A program made the translations under genes and the position numbers. From assembly GCA_028864975.1 (NCBI GenBank), contig JAGWLG010000002.1:1-64000 (forward strand): a stretch of DNA of 64,000 bases, written 5' to 3'. The notes beneath the pieces were generated by a model. It saw only the letters and a list, made by a program, of their open reading frames with translations, was not told the DNA's origin and searched no databases. The DNA comes from Thermoplasmata archaeon. Lineage in GTDB: Archaea > Thermoplasmatota > Thermoplasmata > Lutacidiplasmatales > UBA184. Below, piece after piece: positions 18,312 through 27,268 of the stretch. Positions within the stretch are counted from its first letter, which is position 1. Every line of letters begins with the position of its first letter.

Positions 18312-18602
18312 TCACAACGCGCGGGAGGCGAGCTCGACCAGGAGGGAGTCGGTCGACGCGCCCTTCCCTTGGAGGAGCTGCAGACGGCGCTCCAGGTCGA
18401 GGAGCATCGACAGGAAGACGCGCTCCGTCAGGTCCCCGCTCGAGAGCATCGTGCCCTGCGCGACGTAGCGGCGGGCACCCTGCAGGAGCTCCTGGAAGCT
18501 CTCGCGGTCCTTGGGATCGGTGAGCGCGCGGCCGAACTCCCGGTCCCACCGGGCGAGCCGGTCCTCTAGGGCGTCGCGGTACGTGGGAACAGTCCGTCCC
18601 AT
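18312..18602 (-). CDS. Small alpha-helical PolB2-associated protein (MGRTVPxYR / arCOG07300-like)
   Basis: MGRTVPTYRDALEDRLARWDREFGRAL...ERVFLSMLLDLERRL; SD GAGGTGA upstream; expected position in PolB2 operons. Confidence 0.75.
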   Translation of the reverse strand: MGRTVPTYRDALEDRLARWDREFGRALTDPKDRESFQELLQGARRYVAQGTMLSSGDLTERVFLSMLLDLERRLQLLQGKGASTDSLLVELASRAL

Positions 18603-19474
18603 GGGGTCACCTCCGTGGGCCGATCGATCCGGGGACCCGACGCGAGCGGCGCGTCCGTGTCGAACTCCTCCAGATGCCGCTGGTGCGGAGCCAGCACGAG
18701 GAGCGTCAGGGTGTCGTTCCGTTCCTGGGCGATGAGCTCGACCGCTCCGTCCGGGCCGTGGAGGAGCCGCAGCGTCTCCTGGACCGCGGGGCCGCTCTTC
18801 GCGAACCCGGGGAAGACGAGCCGCCCTCCGGTCCGTTCCTGCGTCAGCAGGAGGGGGCGACGGAGCGACCGGGCAAGGCGCCCCAGCACCTCCGCCATGT
18901 GCATCTGGAGGGCGACGGACTCGTCCGGAGGGACCTCCGCGTCCTGGCAGAGGATCGTGGGATCGCTCGCGACCAGGAGGCTCGGGAGCACGTGGCGAGA
19001 GAGGAGCGTGTCCGCCCAGGTCTCGACCAACGTCACCATCTGGTGGGCGGTGAAGGCCCGGGCCAGGCGGATGCGCCCCAGGACCTCGTTCGGGTCGACA
19101 GCCCACCGACGGGAGAGCGCCCCCACGGCGTAGGGAGAGAAGCGGTTCGACCCGTCCCGTAGCGAGACCTCTCCGCCATGGGAAGCGACGGCGGCCAGGA
19201 GGAAGGGAAGGAACCCGGAGACCAACGTCGGAGGACCCACGAGGGCCGTCGCCTTCCCCGGGGCGAAGGCCCGCTCGAGCCAGGGGAAGAGCGCAGGGGC
19301 GGCGGGGAAGAGGCGGAGCGGTTCCCGCGCCCTTCCCTTGAGCTCCGAGGCCTCCCGCAGCTCTGGGCAAGGCAGGAGGAACGAGCCCGGGAGCGACGGG
19401 GAGAGGGCCCGGGGATCGGCCCCGACGAAGGTCGGGGGAAGGGGTTCGACGGAGGGTTCGGGGAGGGCTCCCAT
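18566..19474 (-). CDS. Inactivated RadA/RecA-like protein associated with PolB2
   Basis: DGSNRFSPY and RIRLARAFTAHQM RadA-like motifs; no intact Walker A; C-terminal QRHLEEF. Start set at MGALPEP. Confidence 0.75.
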   Translation of the reverse strand: MGALPEPSVEPLPPTFVGADPRALSPSLPGSFLLPCPELREASELKGRAREPLRLFPAAPALFPWLERAFAPGKATALVGPPTLVSGFLPFLLAAVASHGGEVSLRDGSNRFSPYAVGALSRRWAVDPNEVLGRIRLARAFTAHQMVTLVETWADTLLSRHVLPSLLVASDPTILCQDAEVPPDESVALQMHMAEVLGRLARSLRRPLLLTQERTGGRLVFPGFAKSGPAVQETLRLLHGPDGAVELIAQERNDTLTLLVLAPHQRHLEEFDTDAPLASGPRIDRPTEVTPWDGLFPRTATP

Positions 19475-19689
19475 GCTGCGTTCACCTCGAAGGACATCGT
19501 TTCGACGCCGACGGTACGAGGAGGGAGGGGCCCTTTCACCTCCGGAGGGGAGGTCGTGAAACCGTGGTCGTGGGGTGCGGCCAGGGCAACGATTCGGGTG
19601 AGAATCCGAACAACTCCTTAGTAACTCCCCGGGCACTCCGGGATGCCGTCCCGGGGCGCACGGTGCGCCCAAGGCCGGCAGGAACCAGG

Positions 19690-20841
19690 ATGCCGGCCGT
19701 CTCCGATGTACTCGTGAGGACCCAGAAGGTGATCGATGACGACGTGCGTCCCCGCGCGGGGCGGAACGACAAGGAGGGCAGGTTCCCTCGAGAGGGCGTC
19801 GTGGCCCTGGGGAAGGCCGGGCTCCTGGGTCTCCCCCTGCCGCTGGCGGTCGGTGGCATGGGGCTGGGACCGCGGGAGTTCTCGGAGGTGACCGCGCGCA
19901 TCGCCGAAGCGGACGCCTCGCTCGCCATGGTCTACGCGATGCACGTCTGCGGCGCGCTCGTCGTCGCCCAGGCACCGGAGAACCCTCGTCTCCACGACCT
20001 GCTGGGAGAGATGGCCCGCGGCGAACATCTTACGACGCTCGCCTTCAGCGAGAAGGGATCGAGGAGCCACTTCTGGGCCCCGGTCTCCCGGGCCGTGCCC
20101 AACGGGGACGGGGTCCACCTCACCGCCCAGAAGTCGTGGGTGACCAGCGCGGGCGAGGCCAACAGCTATGTGGTGATCACCCAGGCGACGCAAGCGACGT
20201 CCCCTACGGAGAGCACGCTTTACCTCATGCCCGAGGGGGCGCGGGGCCTGCGGGTCCTTTCGCGCTGGGAGGGTCTCGGGCTGCGCGGGAATGCCTCCTC
20301 GCCCATGGCGCTCGAGAACGTTCTCCTTCCCCCCGAGCTTCGCCTGACCCCCGAGGGCAAGGCGTTCGACACGCTGCTCGGCGTGGTCCTCCCCTGGTTC
20401 AACCTGGGGACCGCGGCGATGTCGCTGGGCCTCTGCCGAGCGTCGGTCGCCGCCACGGTGGAGCATCTCCGTTCGAGCCGTCTCGAACACATGGGACAGA
20501 GCCTGGCGGAGGCCTACCCGACCCTGCGTGCGCGGGTCGCCCACATGCAGTTGGAGACGGACCGTCTCGAGGCCCTGGTCGAGGGCACGGTACGCCGTCT
20601 CGAGAAGCCGGACGACCGGACGACCCTGGCCGTGCTCGAAGTGAAGGCCGCAGGGAACGAGGCCGCCCTCCAGGTCACCGCCGAGGCGATGCGTTCCTGT
20701 GGGGGCGCGGCCTTCTCGGGCCACACGTCAATCGACCGGTTCTTCCGCGATGCCCAGGCGGGCGCGGTCATGGCCCCTACCGTCGACCAGCTCCAGGATT
20801 TCATCGGACGAGCGCTGGTCGGGCTTCCCTTGTTCGGCTGA
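19690..20841 (+). CDS. Acyl-CoA dehydrogenase-fold flavoprotein (Rv1679/FadE16-like)
   Basis: LAFSEKGSRSHFWAP, KSWVTSAG, GLGLRGNASSPM, DRFFRDAQAGAVMAPT. Confidence 0.85.
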   Translation: MPAVSDVLVRTQKVIDDDVRPRAGRNDKEGRFPREGVVALGKAGLLGLPLPLAVGGMGLGPREFSEVTARIAEADASLAMVYAMHVCGALVVAQAPENPRLHDLLGEMARGEHLTTLAFSEKGSRSHFWAPVSRAVPNGDGVHLTAQKSWVTSAGEANSYVVITQATQATSPTESTLYLMPEGARGLRVLSRWEGLGLRGNASSPMALENVLLPPELRLTPEGKAFDTLLGVVLPWFNLGTAAMSLGLCRASVAATVEHLRSSRLEHMGQSLAEAYPTLRARVAHMQLETDRLEALVEGTVRRLEKPDDRTTLAVLEVKAAGNEAALQVTAEAMRSCGGAAFSGHTSIDRFFRDAQAGAVMAPTVDQLQDFIGRALVGLPLFG

Positions 20842-20855
20842 TCGGAGGAGGAGCG

Positions 20856-21698
20856 ATGGCCGAACGGTCCCCCAGGGACGAGCCCCTGCGCGTCGGAGCG
20901 GTGGCCTACGACCCCAAGGTGGTTGCCATCTGGGAGGGGATGCAAGCCTACCTCCGCGACGAGGCGCGGCTCCCTGTGGAGGTCGAGCTCTTCCTGTCCT
21001 ACCCGGCCCAGGTGCGGGCGCTCCTCGCGGGAAGGGTGGACATCGCGTGGAACACCAACCTCGCCTATCTGCAGGCGGAAGCGTGGAGCTCTGGCGCCTG
21101 CCGCCCGCTCGGGATGCGTGACACCGACCTGGGATGGCGGACGTTCCTTCTTGCCCCGTCGGGGGGAGAGGTGAGCTCGCCGGAGAGCCTCAGGGAGCGA
21201 ACGCTCGCACTCGGGAGCCGCGACAGCGGCCACGCCTCGATCCTCCCCGTACACTACCTCGCGCGGAGCGGCCTCTCCGAAGGAAAGGACTACCGTGCCC
21301 TCCGGTTCGACACCGACGTGGGCAAGCACGGGGACACGGGGACCAGTGAGGTGGAGGTGCTGAAGGCGGTCCTCGACGGACGCGCCGCGGCGGGGGCGGT
21401 CGGAAGCCCCTTTTGGAAGGGGGTGCAGGAGAAAGGGCTGGTCCCCCAGGGCGCCCTCCACATCGCGTGGGAGAGCCCGGCCTACTCGCACTGTATGTTC
21501 ACGGGTCGCCCCGACCTCGAACCGGAACGGGGTCAAGCGTTCACGGATGCCCTCGCTCACATGAACTTCGACGACCCCCATCATCGTGCGATCCTCGAGG
21601 CGGAAGGGCTACGCCGATGGCTTCCCCCGCACGCCGAAGGGTACGACGACCTGCGGCAGGCGGCGCGGGAGCAGGGGCTGCTGGACGCTCCCGGGTGA
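20856..21698 (+). CDS. PhnD-like solute-binding-fold protein (Rv1680-like), no signal peptide
   Basis: LRVGAVAYDPKVV.IWEG, IAWNTNLAY, LALGSRDS, RFDTDVGKHGDTG, YSHCMFT, EGLRRW. Confidence 0.85.
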   Translation: MAERSPRDEPLRVGAVAYDPKVVAIWEGMQAYLRDEARLPVEVELFLSYPAQVRALLAGRVDIAWNTNLAYLQAEAWSSGACRPLGMRDTDLGWRTFLLAPSGGEVSSPESLRERTLALGSRDSGHASILPVHYLARSGLSEGKDYRALRFDTDVGKHGDTGTSEVEVLKAVLDGRAAAGAVGSPFWKGVQEKGLVPQGALHIAWESPAYSHCMFTGRPDLEPERGQAFTDALAHMNFDDPHHRAILEAEGLRRWLPPHAEGYDDLRQAAREQGLLDAPG

Positions 21699-21725
21699 CC
21701 CCGGGGCCGGGGGAACGGGAGGACG

Positions 21726-22772
21726 ATGCTCCCCGCGGACGTCGAGGTCTCGGCCGGCGCGAGGGACCTCTCGTCCGGCGCTCTGCTCGACCTCTTGGGT
21801 GGGCTCCGGCACGTGCGGGATGGCGAGCTCGTCGCTCTCGTCGGGAGCGCCCCGCATCTTCGTGAACATCTCGCTCGATGGTCGCAGTTGACCGGCCACA
21901 GGCTCGTCGAGGTCCTGGAGCTTCCCGATGGGAACGTTCGGTATGTTGTGCGGAAGGGCCCCCTCCCTCGGGGACGGGACGAGGAGGGGGAGGTGGAGGA
22001 GGGCCCGGGTGAGCGACTCTGGATCTACTCGAACTTCCAGTGCAACCTCGCCTGCGATTACTGCTGTGTTCGCTCGAGTCCCCGCGTGGCTCCCCGGGCC
22101 CTTCCCACCCGCACCGTGCGCGACCTGGCCAGGCAGGCCGAGGAGCTTCGCTTCCACCGGATCCTCGTCACCGGGGGCGAGCCCTTCCTTTCGCCCGCGC
22201 TGGGAGAGACCCTGCGCGCGTGCCTCGACCACCTCCCGACGACGGTCCTGACGAACGGCACGTTGCTCTCAGGTCCGCGGGGTCGCCTCCTCTCCGAACT
22301 GCCCCGCGACCGTCTTGTCCTCCAGGTGAGCCTGGACAGCCCGACGCCCGAGAGGCACGACCAGCACCGTGGCGCAGGGAGCTGGGCGCGAGCGTGGGAC
22401 GGGATCGAGCGCGCGCGCCGGATGGGGTTCCGGGTCCGGGTCGCGGCGACGCTATCGGAAGAGGAGGACCGAGAGCGGATGGAGGCCTGGCTCGAATCTC
22501 GGGGGTTCTCGCCGAGGGACCGTGTGGTACGGCCTCTCGCGCGACGTGGGCTCGCGAACCTAGGGCTCGCCCTGGCCCGGGCCGACGTCGTGCCCGAGGT
22601 CACCGTGACCGCTCAAGGGGTCTACTGGCACCCGGTGGGCGCCGACGACGAGGACTTCCTGGTCTGCCGTCCGTTGGGAAACCTGAGCGAGGCGGTCGAG
22701 CGGATCCAGCAGATGTGGAACGAAGAACGGGGCGGATCGGAGCGGCTTTCCGAGGTGTTCCACTGCGCATGA
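21726..22772 (+). CDS. Radical SAM protein with N-terminal TusA-like domain (Rv1681/MoeX-like)
   Basis: LWIYSNFQCNLACDYCC (CxxxCxxC), TGGEPF, LTNG, QVSLDS, PEVTVTAQGVYWHPV, C-terminal FHCA. Confidence 0.9.
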   Translation: MLPADVEVSAGARDLSSGALLDLLGGLRHVRDGELVALVGSAPHLREHLARWSQLTGHRLVEVLELPDGNVRYVVRKGPLPRGRDEEGEVEEGPGERLWIYSNFQCNLACDYCCVRSSPRVAPRALPTRTVRDLARQAEELRFHRILVTGGEPFLSPALGETLRACLDHLPTTVLTNGTLLSGPRGRLLSELPRDRLVLQVSLDSPTPERHDQHRGAGSWARAWDGIERARRMGFRVRVAATLSEEEDRERMEAWLESRGFSPRDRVVRPLARRGLANLGLALARADVVPEVTVTAQGVYWHPVGADDEDFLVCRPLGNLSEAVERIQQMWNEERGGSERLSEVFHCA

Positions 22773-22792
22773 GGCGAGAGGAACGCCGAGCC

Positions 22793-23431
22793 TCAGGGGT
22801 CCGGTGGGAGCTCGGGGCGAAGGGCGGCGGCCTTCGTCGTTCCTGCGGGCGTGCCCGCCGGCATGGGTGCCCACATGCCCCGGGCCAGGAGCCGGGCCAG
22901 GCAGTTCGTGCTCCCGACCAGCCTCGGTTGCAGGGCGCTATCGAGAGTGAGCAACCCTCCGCCCTGGACCATAGCAAGGACCAGCTGCGCGAGGATGAAG
23001 AGGAGCGAGTCGGGGATGACGCTCCCCGGTACGAAGATGTAGGTCCCCGAGACGAAGAGGGACCAAAGCACTCCGAGGCGCGTCGCCAGGCGCATGAAGA
23101 GCCCCAGCAGGATGGTGGCCGCGAGGAAGGATTCCAGGACGAGCGTGAAGTACTCGATCTGAAGGACATGTGGGAGGATGAGCGAGCTCGCGAACCCCCG
23201 CAAGAACGACGGGAGGGTCCCGGGGATCCCCTCCAGGTAGCCGGTCTCGCAGAAACCGTAGGGGACGCATCCCCAGTTGTACCAGGGACCCTTGGCGACC
23301 GCCCCCCAGAGCCAGAAGCCCCCCACGTCGAGCCGGAAGAGCAGGAAGACCGCGGGGGGAAGGAGGTAGAGCGGGCGCGTCAGGTAGCTCCAGAGCCCGC
23401 GAAGTCCTCCCGACGGCCCTTCCCCGGTCAT
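22793..23431 (-). CDS. DoxX/DoxD-like membrane protein
   Basis: LFRLDVGGFWLWGAVAK, LESFLAATILLGLFMRLA, GGLLTLDSAL. Start set at MTGEGP. Confidence 0.7.
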   Translation of the reverse strand: MTGEGPSGGLRGLWSYLTRPLYLLPPAVFLLFRLDVGGFWLWGAVAKGPWYNWGCVPYGFCETGYLEGIPGTLPSFLRGFASSLILPHVLQIEYFTLVLESFLAATILLGLFMRLATRLGVLWSLFVSGTYIFVPGSVIPDSLLFILAQLVLAMVQGGGLLTLDSALQPRLVGSTNCLARLLARGMWAPMPAGTPAGTTKAAALRPELPPDP

Positions 23432-23637
23432 CCCATCCTCCGTGGCCTCAGGGGCAGGTCTCCGATGAGCCGTCGGGGGAGGCCTCCATCGTATTCCCGC
23501 CAGGCCACATCGCCTAGACATCCGTTTGCCAGAATTCACACCCAATCGAACCCTTTCCTCGCAGCGAGATCCTCGGGGTGGATGGCCGACGCCGCCGGGA
23601 GAGGGAAGGGCGACCCGTGAGACCGGTCCGCGGTCGG

Positions 23638-25815
23638 ATGGTCTGGGAGCTTGCCGTGCGGATCGGGCGGCACCCCTCCTGGGACCCTCGAGGCGAACGA
23701 GGGGCGCGCCGATGGCTCGTCGTGGGGGTCCTGCTCTACTTCGTCGTCGCCGCCACGCTCTCTCAGCTTCGCCTCTGGGAGCTCCACGCCCAGGCGTGGG
23801 ACCTGGGCCTCTACCAGCAAGCCCTGTGGTCGGGTTCCCACGGAGGGACCCTCTACGAGGCCGGTGACGCGACGACCTTGTCGGCCCCTTCGCTGCTGCT
23901 CGTCCACACCGGCTTCGTGCTCTACCTGCTCGTTCCGTTCTACGCGCTCTGGCCGAGCCCCACGCTCCTCTTCCTCGTTCAGGCGCTCGTGGTCGCCCTC
24001 GCTGCGGTACCGCTCTTCGGGGTCACCCGCGAGCTCACGGGCCTCCCCGCCTATGGCCTGCTCGCCGCCGCCCTCTATCTTTCCTGGACCCCGGTCCTCT
24101 CCTCGAACCTCTACGATTTCCATCTCGAGGCGTTCGTTCCGCTGGAGCTCTTCCTCTTCCTCTGGCTCTGGAGGAGAGCGAAGTACCTTCCTGCGGCGGT
24201 CGTGGCTGCGCTCGGTGCCCTGACGTTGGAAGTGGTCCCCGTCTTTACGGCCCTTCTCGCCATCTTCTTTCTCCTGCCCCCCCTCCACCCGGTGTTCGAC
24301 CGGCTCCGGGAGGCTCTCCGTCGATCGGACCGAACGATGGGTAGGGAGTATCGCAGGGCCCTGCTCGCGCACCTCCGCGCGTACCTGCGTGACCGTCGGG
24401 CCGTCATGTCGCTGGTCCTGCTCCTCGGATCCTTCGTCGGCTACTACGGCCCTCGTGCGCTCCAAGAGTATGGGATTGGTCCGCACCTCGGGGTGGCCCC
24501 GCCCTCGGTGGGAACCTTCCTTCTGGGAACCCCGGACGGACGACCGCTGCTTCTCGCGAACGCGTTGCCGACCCTCTCGACGCGGCTGGAGTTCTGGGTG
24601 CTCCTCTACGCGCTGACCGGGGGTATCGGGCTTCTCGCACCGAGGACCCTCGTGCTCTCGCTGCCCTGGATGACCTACACCGTGCTCTGGCCCTATCCTT
24701 CCATGACGACGCTGGGCTACCAGTACGGGTTCCTCGACGCCGTCCCGCTCATGATCGGGTTCGCCTTCGGGCTGGTTCGGGTCCAGGCGCTCTCCCGCCC
24801 GCGCGCGCCGAGGGGTGACCCCGGGAGCGACAACTCGGGGACGTGGGGGGAGGCCCCGAAGGGCCTGGCCCCCTCCCTAGGGGCGCTTCGCGCCACCGGT
24901 ACCTCGCCCCTCCTTCGTATTCCTGGGGCGGCGTGGATCGCTCTTCTCGTCCTGAACCTGGCCCTGAGCCCGCTGAATCCCCTCTTGCAGGACCAGGGCC
25001 CTGCTGCCGGGTACCAGGTCTCCTACCAGCTCTCGGGAGGGTTCTCGCAGGTCCAAGCGCTCGCGGATCGGATCCCTTCAGGCGCCAGCGTGGTCGCGAC
25101 CCAGGACCTCTTCCCTTTCGTCGCGAACGGGCTCGGCAGCTACCCTCTTTCGCCGTCCAAAGGGGACCAAGTGCTGCCTTTCAACCTCACCGACCTCCCA
25201 TCCTATGTCCTCGTTTCTCAGGGAGAGGCGGCCACGGTCCCGGACTTCCTTTCGCTCGGGCTCTACAGCCGCTCCGAGTTCGGGCTCGAGGGGATCGTCT
25301 GGAGCACGACCCAGGGGTCGGTGTTGCTCTTCGCCCGCGCGTTCCACGGAACGACACAGTTCGCAGGGGTCCCCCCTCAAGGGCCCCAAGTGTACGGCGC
25401 AGAGAACCTCGCGATCGGGACTTCGGGACAGGTCGTGAGCACTCAGGGGGCCCCGACCCCCACGGCCATCGAGAGCCTCCCCGGCTCGACCGGGACCGTT
25501 TGGTACGGACCCTACGTCTCTCTTCCGCCCGGGAACTACACGGCGAGACTGTGGCTCGATGCGTGGAGCTGGGGCGGAGGCGTGGCGAGGGGGTCACCGG
25601 CCCTCTACCTCGACGCGAGCGGGTTCGCGACGCCCCTTCTCCTCTCCGACAATCTGAACCTCTCCTCGCTCTCCTCTCTCGGCAGCTCCTCCTACGTCGA
25701 GGTCGACGAACACTTCACCCTGCCCGAGGCGGTGACGAACTTCGAGCTCCGTGGTTACGCCTTGGACCCCAGGATCGGCGTCGCGCTCTCCTCGATCATC
25801 CTGGTCCCGGCGTGA
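23638..25815 (+). CDS. DUF2079 membrane protein (GT-C-like) with C-terminal extracellular domain
   Basis: AWDLGLYQQALW, LVHTGF, SNLYDFHLEAF; many transmembrane segments and a beta-rich C-terminus. Confidence 0.85.
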   Translation: MVWELAVRIGRHPSWDPRGERGARRWLVVGVLLYFVVAATLSQLRLWELHAQAWDLGLYQQALWSGSHGGTLYEAGDATTLSAPSLLLVHTGFVLYLLVPFYALWPSPTLLFLVQALVVALAAVPLFGVTRELTGLPAYGLLAAALYLSWTPVLSSNLYDFHLEAFVPLELFLFLWLWRRAKYLPAAVVAALGALTLEVVPVFTALLAIFFLLPPLHPVFDRLREALRRSDRTMGREYRRALLAHLRAYLRDRRAVMSLVLLLGSFVGYYGPRALQEYGIGPHLGVAPPSVGTFLLGTPDGRPLLLANALPTLSTRLEFWVLLYALTGGIGLLAPRTLVLSLPWMTYTVLWPYPSMTTLGYQYGFLDAVPLMIGFAFGLVRVQALSRPRAPRGDPGSDNSGTWGEAPKGLAPSLGALRATGTSPLLRIPGAAWIALLVLNLALSPLNPLLQDQGPAAGYQVSYQLSGGFSQVQALADRIPSGASVVATQDLFPFVANGLGSYPLSPSKGDQVLPFNLTDLPSYVLVSQGEAATVPDFLSLGLYSRSEFGLEGIVWSTTQGSVLLFARAFHGTTQFAGVPPQGPQVYGAENLAIGTSGQVVSTQGAPTPTAIESLPGSTGTVWYGPYVSLPPGNYTARLWLDAWSWGGGVARGSPALYLDASGFATPLLLSDNLNLSSLSSLGSSSYVEVDEHFTLPEAVTNFELRGYALDPRIGVALSSIILVPA

Positions 25816-26564
25816 GGCGTCAGAGCGAGGGCCTTGACCGGCGCCGCGAGCCCCTCACGCCATGAGGATCTCGTCCGCTCGTGGCCGGGCCATCCGAGCT
25901 CAAGGAGGAAGTCACGGGTCGCTCGCGGGACCCACGAACGGTCCCGATGAGAGGTCCTTCCGCGGAGCTGAGAAGAGAGACGGTGGAGGTCCGCGGGAAC
26001 GTCGATGTCGAAGAACGACGGGAGCATCCGAGGTGGCCGACCCGCCTCCCTAAGGATCCGCACGACCTCCTGGCGCTCCCGGGGATGCTTGAACGCCTGG
26101 CGAACGGGCACGGGAGGTCCTCGGAAACCGAGCAGATAGAACCCCTCACGCTGGCAGGGGCCCAGGACACTACGGACCCGGGACCCGCGCAGCGCACGCA
26201 GAGCCCGGGCGATCCTCGAGGGAGCAAGATGGGGGGTGTCGGCACCCACGATCACGTAGGGAGAGCCCGGGGGAAGGGTGCGGTGGAGGTCCTCCAAAGC
26301 CCCATCCATGCGTTCCCCGAAACCGACCCCGCGCTGCCACAGGACGCGGTCGGCGAGGGCGGCCTCCGGAGGCCGCGGTCCCGGGGTGAGCGCGATCGCC
26401 ACGCGGGCCCCCGACTCCCGGGCCGCTTGGAGCGTGTCGCGGAGGAAAGCGCGGTAGAGTCCGAGGGTCCCCTCCTCCCCCAGCTCAACGGAAAGGCGGG
26501 TCTTGACCCGGCCCCTCTGGGGATTGCGAGCGAAGACGATCACGGAACCGTCGCGCCCGCTCAT
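25755..26564 (-). CDS. TIGR04282/DUF2064 (CofC-like) glycosyltransferase-fold protein
   Basis: VIVFARNPQRGRVKTRL, QRGVGFGERM, IVGADTPHL, VLGPCQREGFYLLG, FDIDVPADL. Confidence 0.85.
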   Translation of the reverse strand: MSGRDGSVIVFARNPQRGRVKTRLSVELGEEGTLGLYRAFLRDTLQAARESGARVAIALTPGPRPPEAALADRVLWQRGVGFGERMDGALEDLHRTLPPGSPYVIVGADTPHLAPSRIARALRALRGSRVRSVLGPCQREGFYLLGFRGPPVPVRQAFKHPRERQEVVRILREAGRPPRMLPSFFDIDVPADLHRLSSQLRGRTSHRDRSWVPRATRDFLLELGWPGHERTRSSWREGLAAPVKALALTPHAGTRMIEESATPILGSKA

Positions 26565-27268
26565 CCCCCCTCCGAAGCGGAGAGACGGAGGGCCACGCCG
26601 ACCCTCACCATGCGCAGGAAGGCCCGTATCGTTGCCCCCGCATGACCGGAGACCTTGCTCCGTCCGCTCTGCCGCGGTCGGCACGTGACGTCCACCTCCC
26701 GGACCCGGGCTCCGCATAGGGCCGCGCGAACGAGCATCTCCACAGGGAGGCCGTAGGTGGTCTCCGAGAGGGCGAGCGAAGGCACGAGCGAGAAGCGGAG
26801 GGCCCGGAACGAGGAGACGTCATGGAGACGCAGACCGTAGAGCGCGTGCAGCAGGAGCACGACTGATCGGTTCCCGGCGCGTTGATGAGCTGGGAGGGCG
26901 AGAGGACCGACGGGTACACGGCGACCCACCACCAGGTCCCCGACCCCCTCTTGGATCGGGGTCAGGAGCCGAGGGAGATCACGCGGATCGAGGCTTCCGT
27001 CGCAATCCGCGAAGACGACGATCTCCGGTGGGTCCGGGGCGATGGCCAAGTAGGAGATCCCGTTGAGGCACGCCCGACCGTACCCGCGCCGCGGCTCTTC
27101 CGCGACCTCGGCGCCCGCCTCGGCGGCCCGGCTCGCGGTCCTGTCGCGGCTGCCGTTGTCCACGACGATCACACGGACCCCTTGTGCCAGGAAGCCCCGG
27201 ACCACGTCGCCGACGGAGCCTTCTTCGTCCAGCGCGGGGAGCACGACCGCGACCTCCCCCCGCTTCAT
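26561..27268 (-). CDS. Glycosyltransferase family 2 (DPM1-like)
   Basis: VVLPALDEE, VVDNGSRD, RRGYGRAC, FADCDGS. Confidence 0.9.
   Translation of the reverse strand: MKRGEVAVVLPALDEEGSVGDVVRGFLAQGVRVIVVDNGSRDRTASRAAEAGAEVAEEPRRGYGRACLNGISYLAIAPDPPEIVVFADCDGSLDPRDLPRLLTPIQEGVGDLVVGRRVPVGPLALPAHQRAGNRSVVLLLHALYGLRLHDVSSFRALRFSLVPSLALSETTYGLPVEMLVRAALCGARVREVDVTCRPRQSGRSKVSGHAGATIRAFLRMVRVGVALRLSASEGG

Noticed and set aside
19591-19610. Short overlapping inverted repeats (GATTC/GAATC, TTCGG/CCGAA) in the divergent promoter region
   Set aside because: 5-bp arms are expected by chance; no supporting second site.
19475-19975. N-terminal extensions in the ORF track (e.g. 18566-19975, 20136-21698, 26561-27946, 18312-19370, 58473-59927)
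   Set aside because: The extensions overlap neighbouring real genes and are low complexity; starts were moved to the first plausible codon before the conserved domain.
22770-22772. TGA after FHCA in the radical SAM gene as selenocysteine readthrough
   Set aside because: The downstream frame is low complexity and runs into the convergent gene; the recalled mycobacterial homologue also ends in CA; no SECIS evidence.
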